From: an uncultured Actinomycetes bacterium
GTDB lineage: Bacteria; Actinomycetota; UBA4738; JBBDTT01
Assembly: GCA_963742735.1 (NCBI GenBank)
Contig: CAVUMN010000003.1
Coordinates: 768,001 to 832,000, forward strand
Direction: 5' to 3'
DNA: 64,000 bases
Shown: positions 51,043-63,607 of the stretch, piece by piece
How the letters are laid out: each line of letters begins with the position of its first letter
Numbering within the stretch: position 1 is the stretch's first letter
The notes under the pieces: model-generated
Database searches by the model: none
The model's input: the letters and a program-made list of their open reading frames with translations, nothing else
Told to the model about the DNA's origin: nothing
Position numbers and translations under genes: made by a program

Positions 51043-52163
51043 TCGTCGGTGTGCCACGCGAGGTCAAGGACAACGAGTTCCGCGTCGCGGCGACCCCCGA
51101 GGGGGTCCGGGAGCTCACCCACCTGGGACATCAGGTCGTGGTCGAGACCGGGGCCGGCGAGGGGTCCTCGATCCCCGACGAGCAGTTCGTGCGCGCCGGC
51201 GCCGAAATCCTTTCCGCCGCGAAGCCGGTCTGGGACGGCGCGGACCTGATCCTGAAGGTCAAGGAGCCCATCGCCTCCGAGTACGACCTGATGCGCGAGG
51301 ACCAGATCCTGTTCACGTATCTGCACCTGGCGGCGAGCGCCGAGCTCACCAAGGCGTTGCTCGAGCGCAAGGTCGCGGCCGTGGCGTACGAGACCGTCCA
51401 GACGCGCGAGGGCGCGCTTCCGCTGCTGGCGCCGATGAGTGAGGTGGCCGGGCGGATGGCTCCGCACGTCGGCGCCGGGCTCCTGGAGCGCGAGCACGGC
51501 GGGCGGGGGATCCTGGTGGGTGGCGTCTCCGGCGTGGCCCCGGCGAAGGTCCTGGTGATCGGGGCGGGCATGGCCGGGTCGAACGCGGCGTGGATCGCGG
51601 CCGGCATGGAGGCCGAGGTCGTGGTCGTCGACAACAACCTCGACAAGCTCCGCTACATCGACCAGATCCACCAGGGCCGGATCCTGACCCTGATGTCGAA
51701 CCGGCTGTCGCTCGAGAAGCTCGTGCGGACCTCGGACCTGCTGATCGGCTCCGTCCTCATCCCCGGCGCGAAGGCCCCGAAGCTCGTCTCCGCGGAGATG
51801 GTGGCCAGCATGCGGCCCGGCTCGGTGATCATCGACATCGCCATCGACCAGGGCGGCTGCGTGGAGACCTCGCACATGACCACCCACTCGGACCCGACGT
51901 ACGTGGACCTCGGGGTCGTCCACTACGCGGTGGGGAACATGCCCGGCGCGGTCCCGCATACCTCGACGTACGCGCTCACCAACGTCACGCTGCCCTACGC
52001 CATCGCCGTCGCCGAGCGCGGCCTGGAGGACGCCGCCAAGCGCGACGGCGCGCTGGCCCGGGGCGTGAACACCTACGGCGGTCAGCTGACGAACGCGGCG
52101 GTGGGCGAGGCCCACGGCATGGCCGCCACCCACCTGGGCAGCCTGGTCGCCGGGGTCACCTAG
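51039..52163 (+). CDS. ald: Alanine dehydrogenase
   Basis: GVPREVKDNEFRV, KVKEP, LAPMSEVAGR, DIAIDQGG, NMPGAVP. Confidence 0.96.
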   Translation: MIVGVPREVKDNEFRVAATPEGVRELTHLGHQVVVETGAGEGSSIPDEQFVRAGAEILSAAKPVWDGADLILKVKEPIASEYDLMREDQILFTYLHLAASAELTKALLERKVAAVAYETVQTREGALPLLAPMSEVAGRMAPHVGAGLLEREHGGRGILVGGVSGVAPAKVLVIGAGMAGSNAAWIAAGMEAEVVVVDNNLDKLRYIDQIHQGRILTLMSNRLSLEKLVRTSDLLIGSVLIPGAKAPKLVSAEMVASMRPGSVIIDIAIDQGGCVETSHMTTHSDPTYVDLGVVHYAVGNMPGAVPHTSTYALTNVTLPYAIAVAERGLEDAAKRDGALARGVNTYGGQLTNAAVGEAHGMAATHLGSLVAGVT

Positions 52164-52187
52164 GCCGCGTCCGATAGCCTTCCGGGC

Positions 52188-53135
52188 GTGGCCGACCCCC
52201 TCACGTCCCAGATCCGGCGCACGCTCGACTGGCTGACCGTCGAGCGCGGGGTGTCCCACAACACCGTCGACGCCTACCGCCGCGACCTGGAGCGCTACGC
52301 CGAGCACCTGCGCGAACGGGGGATCCGCGACGCCCGCGGCGTGGACGAGGCGGCGGTTACCGGGTTCATCGAGGGTCTGTCGCGCGACGAGTACGAGCCG
52401 GGGAAGCGGTACACGGCCTCCTCGGTAGCCCGCACGCTCGCCGCGGTCCGCACGTTCCATCGCTTCCTGGTCACCGAGGGCGACACGCCGGAGAACCCCG
52501 CGCACGGCGTGGCTCGGCCCAAGGTGCCGCGGAACCTTCCGCACCCGCTTGCCCTGGCCGACGTCGAGGCGCTGGTGGGCGCGCCGGGCGCCGACGGTCC
52601 CGTCGCCCTGCGGGACACCGCGATCCTGGAGACGCTGTACGGGGCCGGCCTGCGCATCTCCGAGCTGGTCGGGCTGGACGTGGACGACGTCGACATGGAG
52701 GAGGGGAGCGTCCGCGTGGTCGGCAAGGGGGACAAGGAGCGGGTGATCCCGCTGGGCCGGTACGCCATCGCCGCCATCCAGGCGTACCTGTCGCGGGCCC
52801 GCCCGGGGATGGCCAAGCCCGTCTCGAAGGGCGCGCTGTTCCTGAACCAGCGAGGCGGCCGACTCACCCGGCAGGGCTCGGCCATGCTGCTGAAGCAGGC
52901 CGCCAAGCGTGCCGGGCTGAAGATCCGGGTGACGCCCCACAGCCTGCGCCACTCGTTCGCCACGCATCTGCTGGAGGGCGGCGCCGACGTGCGGGTGGTG
53001 CAGGAGCTGCTCGGCCACGCCAGCGTCTCGACCACCCAGATCTACACGCTGGTCACCGAGGACCACCTGCGCGAGGTCTACTACACCGCCCATCCCCGGG
53101 CCCGCCGGCCCCCGACGGGCAAGGCGGCGGGATGA
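52188..53135 (+). CDS. xerD: Tyrosine recombinase XerD
   Basis: GLRISE, GKGDKER, HSLRHSFATH, LGH, TQIYT; core synteny. Confidence 0.94.
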   Translation: MADPLTSQIRRTLDWLTVERGVSHNTVDAYRRDLERYAEHLRERGIRDARGVDEAAVTGFIEGLSRDEYEPGKRYTASSVARTLAAVRTFHRFLVTEGDTPENPAHGVARPKVPRNLPHPLALADVEALVGAPGADGPVALRDTAILETLYGAGLRISELVGLDVDDVDMEEGSVRVVGKGDKERVIPLGRYAIAAIQAYLSRARPGMAKPVSKGALFLNQRGGRLTRQGSAMLLKQAAKRAGLKIRVTPHSLRHSFATHLLEGGADVRVVQELLGHASVSTTQIYTLVTEDHLREVYYTAHPRARRPPTGKAAG

Positions 53136-54304
53136 CGCGCGTTCTTCTTCTCGTCTGTGACTCGTTCGGGGTGGGCGGCGCGCCCGACGCGGCCGCGTAC
53201 GGCGACGAGGGCTCGAACACCCTGGGCAACACCGCGCGACATGTGGGCGGCGTGGCCGCGCCGAACCTGGGACGCCTCGGGCTGGGACACCTGACGTCGA
53301 TCGAGGGCGTGCCGCCCGAGGCCGCGAACGGGACGGCGCACGGGGCGCTGGTGGAGCGCTCCGCCGGCAAGGACACCACCACCGGCCACTGGGAGGTCGC
53401 CGGCATCGTCCTGGACACGGCCTTCCCGCTCTATCCGGACGGCTTCCCGCCCGAGGTCGTGGAGCCGTGGGAGCGGGTCATCGGGAAGACGGCGCTCGGC
53501 AACCGGCCCGCGTCGGGGACCGAGATCATCGAGGAGCTCGGCGAGGAGCACCTGAAGACCGGCAACCCGATCCTGTACACGAGCGGCGACTCCGTCTTCC
53601 AGGTGGCGACGCACGCCGACGTGGTGCCGCTCGAGCAGCTGTACGAGTGGTGCCGGATCGCGCGGGAGATTCTCGGCGGGCCGCACGAGGTCGGCCGGGT
53701 GATCGCCCGCCCGTTCGAGGGGAAGCCCGGGGCGTTCACGCGCCGCCCGGAGCGCCGGGACTTCTCGGTCCCGCCGCCGCGGCCGACGCTGCTCGAGCAG
53801 ACGGTCGAGGCGGGGATCCCGGTGTACGGGGTCGGCAAGATCCGCGACATCTTCGTCGAGCGGGGTCTGACCGAGGCGACCTACTCGTCCTCGAACGAGG
53901 ACGGCATCACGAAGACCATCGAGTACCTGCGGCGGCCGGGCCCGTCGCTGGTGGTCTCCAACCTCGTCGACTTCGACTCGAAGTACGGACACCGGAACGA
54001 TCCCGACGGGTATGGGAAGTGCATCGAGGCCCTCGACCGGCGGGTGCCGGAGCTGCTCGCGGCCCTGGAGGGCGACGGGCTGCTGTTCCTGACCGGCGAC
54101 CACGGCTGCGACCCGACCACGCCGCCCACCGACCACTCGCGGGAGCGGACGCCCTGCCTGGTCTCGGGCCTGGGGGACCTCCCGCCGGTGGACCTGGGGG
54201 AGCGGATGTTCTCGGACCTCGGCGCGACGATCGCCGAGGTCCTCGGCGTGCGGACGCGAGGCCTGGAGGGGACGTCGTTCGCGGAGGAGCTGGGGCTCGA
54301 GTGA
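53132..54304 (+). CDS. deoB: Phosphopentomutase
   Basis: DSFGVG, GKDTTTGHWE, RVIARPF, DFDSKYGHR, DHGCDPT. Confidence 0.96.
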   Translation: MTRVLLLVCDSFGVGGAPDAAAYGDEGSNTLGNTARHVGGVAAPNLGRLGLGHLTSIEGVPPEAANGTAHGALVERSAGKDTTTGHWEVAGIVLDTAFPLYPDGFPPEVVEPWERVIGKTALGNRPASGTEIIEELGEEHLKTGNPILYTSGDSVFQVATHADVVPLEQLYEWCRIAREILGGPHEVGRVIARPFEGKPGAFTRRPERRDFSVPPPRPTLLEQTVEAGIPVYGVGKIRDIFVERGLTEATYSSSNEDGITKTIEYLRRPGPSLVVSNLVDFDSKYGHRNDPDGYGKCIEALDRRVPELLAALEGDGLLFLTGDHGCDPTTPPTDHSRERTPCLVSGLGDLPPVDLGERMFSDLGATIAEVLGVRTRGLEGTSFAEELGLE

Positions 54305-55614
54305 CGGACTACCGGGAGCTCGTCGCCGCCATCCGCGACGCGCGCGAGGTCCCGGAAGAAGAACTCCGCGCGTTCGTCCTGGCCTACGCGAAGGGCGAGG
54401 TCTCCGACTACCTGGCCGCGGCCTTCCTGATGGCCGCCTACCTGAACCCGCTGTCGCCGATGGACACGCTGGCGCTCACCCGGGCGATGGTCGACTCGGG
54501 CTCGACGCTACCCCTCTCGTCGGTGACCCGGCCGAAGGTCGACAAGCACTCGACCGGAGGCGTGGCCGACGGCGTCACGCTGGCGTTCGCGCCGGTGGCG
54601 GCGAGCCTCGGGCTGGCGGTGGCGAAGCTGTCGGGGCGCGGGCTGGGGCACACCGGCGGGACCCTCGACAAGCTCGAGGCGATCCCCGGCCTCCGCACGG
54701 ATCTGACGGTTCGTCAGATCGAGGAGCAGGTCGAGAAGGTCGGGTGCGTCGTCGCCGGGCAGACCGAGGATCTGGTGCCCGCGGACGGCAAGCTGTACGC
54801 CCTCCGCGACGCCACGGCGACCGTGGAGAGCCTGCCCCTGGTCGCGGCCAGCGTGATGAGCAAGAAGCTCGCCATCGGCACCGACCTCGTGCTCATCGAC
54901 GTGAAGGCGGGGAGCGGCGCGTTCATGAAGACCCCCGAGGACGCCGGCGCCCTGGCCGACGCCTGCGTCTCGCTGGCCGAAGCGTGGGGCCGCGACTGCC
55001 GGGCTGCGGTCACCGACATGTCTCAGCCCCTCGGCCAGGCGATGGGCAACGCGCTGGACATCGCCGAGGCCGTGGAGGTCCTGAAAGGGGAGTGGCGCGG
55101 CCGCCTGACCGACCTGGTGATCGAGTTCGCCGCGGCGGCGGCCGAGGAACTGCTCGGCGAGATCAACGAAGCTCACGTTCGCGCGGTCCTGGAGGACGGG
55201 TCGGCCCTGGAGGCGTTCGGGAGGATGGTCGAGGCCCAGGGCGGCGACCGCCGCGTCGTCGACGACCCGTGGTCGGTGATGGAGCGGGCGCCGGTCGTCA
55301 AGGAGATCCCCCCGCCCCTGGCCGGCTGGCTCGCGGCGGTCGACGCCGAGGCGGTCGGCCGGGCCGCCACCGCGCTCGGCGCGGGCAGGAAGAGAAAGGA
55401 AGACGCGATCGACCCCTCCGTGGGGATCCTGTTCCTGCCGAAGATCGGGGACCGCCTGGAGGAGGATGGACCGTTCGCGACCGTGCACGCCCGGACCGAC
55501 GACGACGTCGAGGCGACCGCCCGCCGTCTGGCGGAGGCGATCACGATCTCCGATCAGCAGATCGAGCCTCCGCCCCTCGTCTATGGTTGGCGCTCGACCG
55601 GAGATGGCGGCTGA
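54301..55614 (+). CDS. pdp: Pyrimidine-nucleoside/thymidine phosphorylase
   Basis: DKHSTGG, SGRGLGHTGGTLDKLE, LRDATAT, MSKK. Confidence 0.94.
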   Translation: MTDYRELVAAIRDAREVPEEELRAFVLAYAKGEVSDYLAAAFLMAAYLNPLSPMDTLALTRAMVDSGSTLPLSSVTRPKVDKHSTGGVADGVTLAFAPVAASLGLAVAKLSGRGLGHTGGTLDKLEAIPGLRTDLTVRQIEEQVEKVGCVVAGQTEDLVPADGKLYALRDATATVESLPLVAASVMSKKLAIGTDLVLIDVKAGSGAFMKTPEDAGALADACVSLAEAWGRDCRAAVTDMSQPLGQAMGNALDIAEAVEVLKGEWRGRLTDLVIEFAAAAAEELLGEINEAHVRAVLEDGSALEAFGRMVEAQGGDRRVVDDPWSVMERAPVVKEIPPPLAGWLAAVDAEAVGRAATALGAGRKRKEDAIDPSVGILFLPKIGDRLEEDGPFATVHARTDDDVEATARRLAEAITISDQQIEPPPLVYGWRSTGDGG

Positions 55615-56306
55615 TGAACCTCGACGACGTCCTGATCGCGGTGTTCCTGCTGGTGTGGCTGATCCCGAGCCTCACCCTGCACGAGTACGGCCACGCGAAG
55701 ATGGCCGACCGCCTCGGCGACCGGACGCCGCGGCTCGCCGGGCGCCTTACCCTGAACCCGATCCCGCACATCGATCCGTTCGGGACGGTCATCCTGCCGG
55801 GCCTGCTGCTGTTGCTCGTGGCCTTCGGGCGGACGGTCCTGCCGGTGTTCGCGTTCGCGAAGCCGACGCCGTTCAACCCGAGCAACTTCCGGGACGCCAA
55901 CAAGGGGACGATGTTGACCGCGTTCGCGGGGCCGAGCGTGAACCTGATCCTGGCGCTGATCGCCGCGGTGCTGCTCCGGATCCTCGCGCCCGACACGGTG
56001 GCGGCGACCGGCCTGTTCGGGGCGGTGGTGCCGACGTCGCGGGTCGGTCAGTTCCTGGCCGCCGGCCTGGTGGTGAACGTCATCCTGTTCGTCTTCAACC
56101 TGATGCCGATCCCGGGGCTCGACGGGTCGAAGGTGCTGGCGGGGTTTCTGCCGCCCCGGGCCCGCGAGGTCTACCGAAACCTCGACCAGTATCTGGTGCT
56201 CTTCGTGATGGTCGTGGTGTTCATCCTCCCGGGCCCGTTCTTCGCCATCGTCAGCGGCCTGGGGAACGGGATCTGCAGCATCGTCGTCGGCGGGGACTGC
56301 ATCTAG
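55614..56306 (+). CDS. Site-2 (M50) metalloprotease
   Basis: HEYGH, AGP, NLMPIPGLDG. Confidence 0.93.
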   Translation: MNLDDVLIAVFLLVWLIPSLTLHEYGHAKMADRLGDRTPRLAGRLTLNPIPHIDPFGTVILPGLLLLLVAFGRTVLPVFAFAKPTPFNPSNFRDANKGTMLTAFAGPSVNLILALIAAVLLRILAPDTVAATGLFGAVVPTSRVGQFLAAGLVVNVILFVFNLMPIPGLDGSKVLAGFLPPRAREVYRNLDQYLVLFVMVVVFILPGPFFAIVSGLGNGICSIVVGGDCI

Positions 56307-56325
56307 GACCCTCGGAGGGCCTCGG

Positions 56326-58692
<2,367 letters not shown>

Positions 58693-58771
58693 CACCCGAT
58701 CGTGCCACGTCGGGCCGGAGGCGTCCTCGCTTCCGAGGAACACCCCCCAAGCCCCGCTATCCTTGGGGTCC

Positions 58772-59527
58772 ATGAGCCGGGCTGAGGGGCTTCGGGCCGA
58801 GGCCGGCGCGTTCGAGATCGACCTCCCCGTGTACTCCGGTCCGTTCCGCGCGCTGGCCGAGCTGATCGTGTCCCAGAAGGTGGACGTCTGCGACGTCTCC
58901 ATCACGAGCGTCGTTCAGGCGTTCGTGCAGCGCCGTCCCGAGGCTGAGGGGTGGAGCCTCGAGGAGGCCACCTGGTTCGTCGCCACCTGCGCCACCCTGC
59001 TGGAGCTCAAGATCGGGCGCCTCCTGCCGCGCCACGTCGAGCAGGACGAGGAGGACCTCCTGGGCGGGACCTCGCCCGACGTCCTCTACGCGCGCCGCCT
59101 GGAGCTCGCCGCGTTCCGCCAGGCCACCCGCGACCTGGCCCGCCGGTTCGAGGACGGCGCCGGCTACTTCGGCCGCGACGCCGGCCCCGGCGAGGAGTTC
59201 GCGCACCTGTACCCCGACGTCATGGCGAAGATCACGGCCGCCCAGCTGGCCGGGGCCGCCGCCGAGATGCTCCGCCCGGCGCCGCTGGTCGACCTGTCCC
59301 ACGTCGCGCCGATCCGCGCGTCCGTGGCCGACGCGCTGGCCTGGGTGGTGGAGGCCATGCAGCACCGGCGAGCCGCGTCGTTCCGCGACCTGGTGGCCGA
59401 CTGCCGCGAGCCGATCTACGTCGTGGTCCGGTTCCTGGCGCTGCTCGAGCTGTTCCGCGACGGGCGAGTCGCCCTTCGCCAGGCCGACACGTTCGGCGAG
59501 ATCGAGGTCGAATGGGAGGACGCATGA
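58772..59527 (+). CDS. scpA: Segregation and condensation protein A
   Basis: FEIDLPVYSGPF, LLELK...LLP, RFLALLEL, QADTFGEI. Confidence 0.93.
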   Translation: MSRAEGLRAEAGAFEIDLPVYSGPFRALAELIVSQKVDVCDVSITSVVQAFVQRRPEAEGWSLEEATWFVATCATLLELKIGRLLPRHVEQDEEDLLGGTSPDVLYARRLELAAFRQATRDLARRFEDGAGYFGRDAGPGEEFAHLYPDVMAKITAAQLAGAAAEMLRPAPLVDLSHVAPIRASVADALAWVVEAMQHRRAASFRDLVADCREPIYVVVRFLALLELFRDGRVALRQADTFGEIEVEWEDA

Positions 59528-60075
59528 CCGAGCACGAGCACCACGCCGAGACTCGCCGGGCCCTGGAGGCCATCCTGTTCGTCTGCGACGAGCCCATCTC
59601 CGCGAACGTCCTGGCCCAGGCCGTGGAGCTCCGTCTGACCGAGGTCGAGCGGATCCTGCGCGAGCTGGCCGACGAGCTCGAGACCCGGGGGAGCGGCCTG
59701 GTCCTGCGCGAGGTCGCAAACGGCTGGCGCCTGGCTACCCACCCCGAGGCCGCGGCCTACGTCGAGCAGTTCGTCCTGGCCAATCGCCAGGCCCGGCTGT
59801 CGAAGGCGTCCCTGGAGACGCTCGCCATCGTGGCCTACAAGCAGCCCGTCACCCGGCATCAGGTCTCCTCGATCCGCGGCGTGAACTCCGAGGCCGTCCT
59901 GCGCGCGCTCCAGGACCGCGGCCTGATCGAGGAGACCGCCCGCGACGACGGCCCGGGCCACGCGGTGCTGTACGGCACGACGTCGGAGTTCCTGGAGCGG
60001 CTTGGACTCGCCTCGACCAGGGACCTGCCCCCCATCGCTCCGCTCCTCGGCGAGGCCGCCGCGGAGACCGGCTGA
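59524..60075 (+). CDS. scpB: Segregation and condensation protein B
   Basis: ALEAILF, LETLAIVAYKQPVTR, IRGVN, YGTT.FL. Confidence 0.96.
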   Translation: MTEHEHHAETRRALEAILFVCDEPISANVLAQAVELRLTEVERILRELADELETRGSGLVLREVANGWRLATHPEAAAYVEQFVLANRQARLSKASLETLAIVAYKQPVTRHQVSSIRGVNSEAVLRALQDRGLIEETARDDGPGHAVLYGTTSEFLERLGLASTRDLPPIAPLLGEAAAETG

Positions 60076-60091
60076 CGCGCGGCCACGCGCC

Positions 60092-60808
60092 GTGGAGGAG
60101 CGCGTCCAGCGCGCGCTGGCCCGGGCCGGGATCGGCTCCCGCCGCGCCAGCGAGAACCTGATCCGCGAGAACCGAGTCAAGATCAACGGCCGCGTCGCCG
60201 TCCTGGGCGACAAGGTGGATCCGGAGGTCGACACCGTCCAGGTCGACGGCGTGCGCGTGCCGCTCGCCGCCGACGCCGTGTACCTGGCGTTGAACAAGCC
60301 GGTGGGCGTGATCACGACGGCCCACGACACGCACGGCCGTGAGGACCTCCGCGCCTACTTCCCGTCCGGCGCCCGCGTGTTCGCGGTCGGCCGGCTGGAT
60401 CGCGACAGCGAGGGCCTCCTGCTCTTGACCAACGACGGCGAGCTGGCGAACCGGCTGACCCACCCCCGCTACGGCGTGGAGAAGGAATACCTGGCCGAGG
60501 TCGAAGGCGCCCTGAACGAGAAGGTCGTCAGCCGGCTCACCCGCGGCGTGGAGCTCGACGACGGCCTCGCGAAAGCGAAGACGGCGCGCATCGCGGGGCG
60601 CTCGAAGGGCCGTGGGGCGGTGGCGCTCATCATGACCGAAGGGCGCAAGCGCGAGGTTCGCCGCTTGCTGGCCGCGGTAGGCTTGCCCGTCACCAGGCTC
60701 GTCCGGACGCGGATCGGCCCGGTCCGTCTGCGTGAGCTCCCGCCCGGCGAGGTGCGCCCGCTCACGGTCGAGGAGGTCCGAGGGCTGTTCCGGGCGGCCG
60801 GGCTCTAA
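60092..60808 (+). CDS. rluB: rRNA pseudouridine synthase (RluB/RsuA family)
   Basis: S4 domain, NKPVG, GRLDRDSEGLLLLTNDG, EGRKREVRR. Confidence 0.9.
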   Translation: MEERVQRALARAGIGSRRASENLIRENRVKINGRVAVLGDKVDPEVDTVQVDGVRVPLAADAVYLALNKPVGVITTAHDTHGREDLRAYFPSGARVFAVGRLDRDSEGLLLLTNDGELANRLTHPRYGVEKEYLAEVEGALNEKVVSRLTRGVELDDGLAKAKTARIAGRSKGRGAVALIMTEGRKREVRRLLAAVGLPVTRLVRTRIGPVRLRELPPGEVRPLTVEEVRGLFRAAGL

Positions 60809-60823
60809 CACGAAGGAGCGCAC

Positions 60824-61183
60824 GTGCGGGTTCGAGCGGCGAGAGGGGCCATCACCGTGGAGCGCGACGAGTCGCGCCTGGTCCTCGACGCCACCGCGCG
60901 GCTGCTGAAGGAGGTCCTGGCCTCGAACGCGATCGACGAGGGCGAGGTCGTGAGCATCTTCTTCACCGCGACCCCGGACCTGGTCTCCGCGTTCCCCGCC
61001 GAGGCGGCCCGCGAGGCAGGCCTGACCGACACCGCCCTGCTCTGCGCGCGGGAGATCGACGTGCCGGGCGCGGTCCCCCGGGTGGTCCGGATGCTGATCC
61101 ACTTCAACACCGAGGACGAGACGTCGAAGATCAAGGACGTCTACCTCGAGGGCGCGAAGGCCCTCCGCCCGGACCGTGGCTGA
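60824..61183 (+). CDS. aroH: AroH-type chorismate mutase
   Basis: RGAITV, FTATPDL, FPAEAAR, YLEGAKALRPD. Confidence 0.93.
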   Translation: MRVRAARGAITVERDESRLVLDATARLLKEVLASNAIDEGEVVSIFFTATPDLVSAFPAEAAREAGLTDTALLCAREIDVPGAVPRVVRMLIHFNTEDETSKIKDVYLEGAKALRPDRG

Positions 61184-62276
61184 GGGCCCGCCCGGACCCC
61201 TCTGCGTGGTGGGCACCGGGCTGATCGGGACCTCGATCGCGCTCGCCGCCCGGGCCGCGGGGGTCGAGGTGCGGGGGTTCGACCCGGACCCGTCGGCGCT
61301 GGCCGGCGCGGTGGAGAGGGGCGCGCTCGAGCCCGCCGCTTCGCTGGAGGCCGCGGTGGCCGGGGCCCGCATCGCCGTCGTGGCCGCGCCGATGGACCGG
61401 GTGACCGAGACCGCCCTGGCCTGCCTGCGCGCCGATCCGGACATCGTGGTCACCGACGCGGGGAGCGCGAAGGCCGACGTGGTCGCGGCGGTCGACGCCG
61501 CGGCGAGCGAAGAGGAGGCGGCCCGGTTCGTCGCCGGCCATCCGATGACGGGGTCGGAGCGGAGCGGGCCCGGGGCGGCGTCGGCGTCGTTGCTGGACGG
61601 CACCGCGTGGGTGCTGTGCGGCGGGCCCCGGACGAGCCCCGCCTCGTTGGAGCTCGTGGAGTCGCTGGTCCGCGCGGTGGGCGCACAGCCGCTGACCATG
61701 GACGCCGAGCGGCACGACCGGCTGGTGGCCCTGATCAGCCACCTGCCGCAGCTCGCGTCGACCGCGCTGATGCGGGTGGCCGCCGTCCGCGCCGCCGGCG
61801 AGCCCGAGCTGATGCTCCTGGCGGCCGGCGGGTTCCGCGATCTGACGCGGCTGGCGGCGAGCAACCCCGAGCTGTGGGCGGACATCCTGCTCGCCAACGC
61901 CGACCGCGCCCGCGACGCGATCGACGTCTACGTCGACTCGCTCCATCAGCTGGGGAAGCTGCTCGAGTCCGGGGACCGCGAGGCCCTCATCGACGTCTTC
62001 CGCCGCTCGAAGGAGGCCCGGCTGGGGATGGGGGCCAAGCCCTCGGCGAAGGTCGGCGTGGCGATCCTGTCGGTGCCGATCCCGGACCGTCCCGGGGTCC
62101 TCGCCGACATCACGTCGATCCTCGGCGCCATGGGGATCAACATCGAGGACCTGGAGATCGTCCACTCCGCAGAGGGGGCGAAGGGGACACTGCATGCCAC
62201 GGTCGAGGAGGGCTCGGCCGAGGAGGCCGTCCGCGCGCTGGCCGACCGCGGGTACGAGGTCGGGCGACTGGCATGA
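61176..62276 (+). CDS. tyrA: Prephenate dehydrogenase with ACT domain
   Basis: GTGLIG, HPMTGSE, SHLPQ, GFRDLTR, DRPGVL. Confidence 0.93.
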   Translation: MAEGPPGPLCVVGTGLIGTSIALAARAAGVEVRGFDPDPSALAGAVERGALEPAASLEAAVAGARIAVVAAPMDRVTETALACLRADPDIVVTDAGSAKADVVAAVDAAASEEEAARFVAGHPMTGSERSGPGAASASLLDGTAWVLCGGPRTSPASLELVESLVRAVGAQPLTMDAERHDRLVALISHLPQLASTALMRVAAVRAAGEPELMLLAAGGFRDLTRLAASNPELWADILLANADRARDAIDVYVDSLHQLGKLLESGDREALIDVFRRSKEARLGMGAKPSAKVGVAILSVPIPDRPGVLADITSILGAMGINIEDLEIVHSAEGAKGTLHATVEEGSAEEAVRALADRGYEVGRLA

Positions 62277-63607
62277 GGCTCATCGTCCGTCCCGCGGCGG
62301 GTCCGCTCCGGGGCGAGGTCCGTGTCCCCGGCGACAAGTCGATCGCCCACCGATGGCTGATCCTGGCCGGCACCGCCCAGGGCTCGAGCGAGGTCCGCGA
62401 CCTGCCGGCCTCCCTCGATGTCCGTTCGACGGCCTCCTGTCTGGCGGGACTCCTCCCGGAGCTCCGGATGGACCTGCTCGCCTTCGCGCGCTCGCCCGAG
62501 GACGACCCCGAGCCGACCGTCGGGCTGGCCCTCGACGGCGCGGGCTTCGGGTCGCTCCAGCCGCCCGAGTCGCCGCTGTTCTGCGGGAACTCCGGCACGA
62601 CGGCGCGGCTGCTGAGCGGGCTGCTCGCCGGCCAGGCCTTCGAGTCGGTCCTGGACGGCGACCACAGCCTGCGCCGCCGGCCGATGGAGCGGGTGGCGCA
62701 CCCGCTGCGGCTGATGGGGGCCGACGTGCGGACCGACGACGGCACGCCGCCGGTCACGGTGCTGGGCGGGTTCCTCAACGGGATCGAGTACGAGACGCCG
62801 GAGCCGAGCGCGCAGGTGAAGAGCGCGGTCCTGCTCGCCGGCCTCCAGGCCGATGGGACCACGACGGTGATCGAGCCCGCCTCGACCCGCGACCACACCG
62901 AACGGGCCTTGCAGGCTCTGGGTGCGCCGTTGACGGTCGAGCCTCGGCGAGTCTCGGTGCGGCGGTTCCAGCATTCCGGGTTCGCCGGCTCGATCCCGGG
63001 CGACGCCTCGTCGGCGGCGTTCCTGGCCGCGGCGGCCGCGCTGGTCCCCGGCTCGGAGGTGGTGATCCACGGGATGGGGCTGAACTCGACCCGCGCGTCA
63101 TGGGTTCGGCACCTCGAGCGCATGGGCGCCTCGATCCAGGGGCGGATGGAGGGCGAGGAGCTCGGCGAGCCCGTGGGCAGCCTGCTCGCCCGCGCCGGCG
63201 ACGGCCTCACCGGGATCGTCCTCAGTGCCGACGAGACGGCCGAGGCCATCGACGAGGTCCCGGTCCTGGCGGCGGTGGCGGCCCACGCCGCCGGCGAGTC
63301 CCGCTTCGAGGGCGCGGACGAGCTTCGCGTGAAGGAGTCGGACCGGCTGAACGGGATGGCCGAGGGCATCCGGGGCCTCGGCGGCGAGGCCGCGGTCGAG
63401 GGGGACACGCTCGTGGTGGCGGGCGGCGGCCTGAGCGGCGGCGTGGCGCTGGGGCACGAGGACCATCGCCTGGTGATGGCGTTCGCGGTCGGCGCGCTGG
63501 CGGCCCGGGGCGAGTGCGTGATCGACGGGGGCGAGTGGGCGGGGATCTCGTTCCCGGGGTTCGTCCCGGTGCTCCGGGAGCTCGGCGCGGAGGTGACGGA
63601 GGATTGA
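62273..63607 (+). CDS. aroA: EPSP synthase
   Basis: PGDKSIAHR, GNSGTT, RRPM, SAQVKS, LRVKESDR, DHR. Confidence 0.96.
   Translation: MRLIVRPAAGPLRGEVRVPGDKSIAHRWLILAGTAQGSSEVRDLPASLDVRSTASCLAGLLPELRMDLLAFARSPEDDPEPTVGLALDGAGFGSLQPPESPLFCGNSGTTARLLSGLLAGQAFESVLDGDHSLRRRPMERVAHPLRLMGADVRTDDGTPPVTVLGGFLNGIEYETPEPSAQVKSAVLLAGLQADGTTTVIEPASTRDHTERALQALGAPLTVEPRRVSVRRFQHSGFAGSIPGDASSAAFLAAAAALVPGSEVVIHGMGLNSTRASWVRHLERMGASIQGRMEGEELGEPVGSLLARAGDGLTGIVLSADETAEAIDEVPVLAAVAAHAAGESRFEGADELRVKESDRLNGMAEGIRGLGGEAAVEGDTLVVAGGGLSGGVALGHEDHRLVMAFAVGALAARGECVIDGGEWAGISFPGFVPVLRELGAEVTED

Noticed and set aside
52188-53135. Tyrosine recombinase as a prophage or island integrase
   Set aside because: XerD features and core synteny; no att sites or cargo seen
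53467-55614. Long N-terminal extensions in the ORF track suggesting fusions (pdp, ald, aroA, pheS, livG, livF)
   Set aside because: Extensions overlap upstream genes in other frames; better starts sit at stop-start overlaps or after SD/-10 signals
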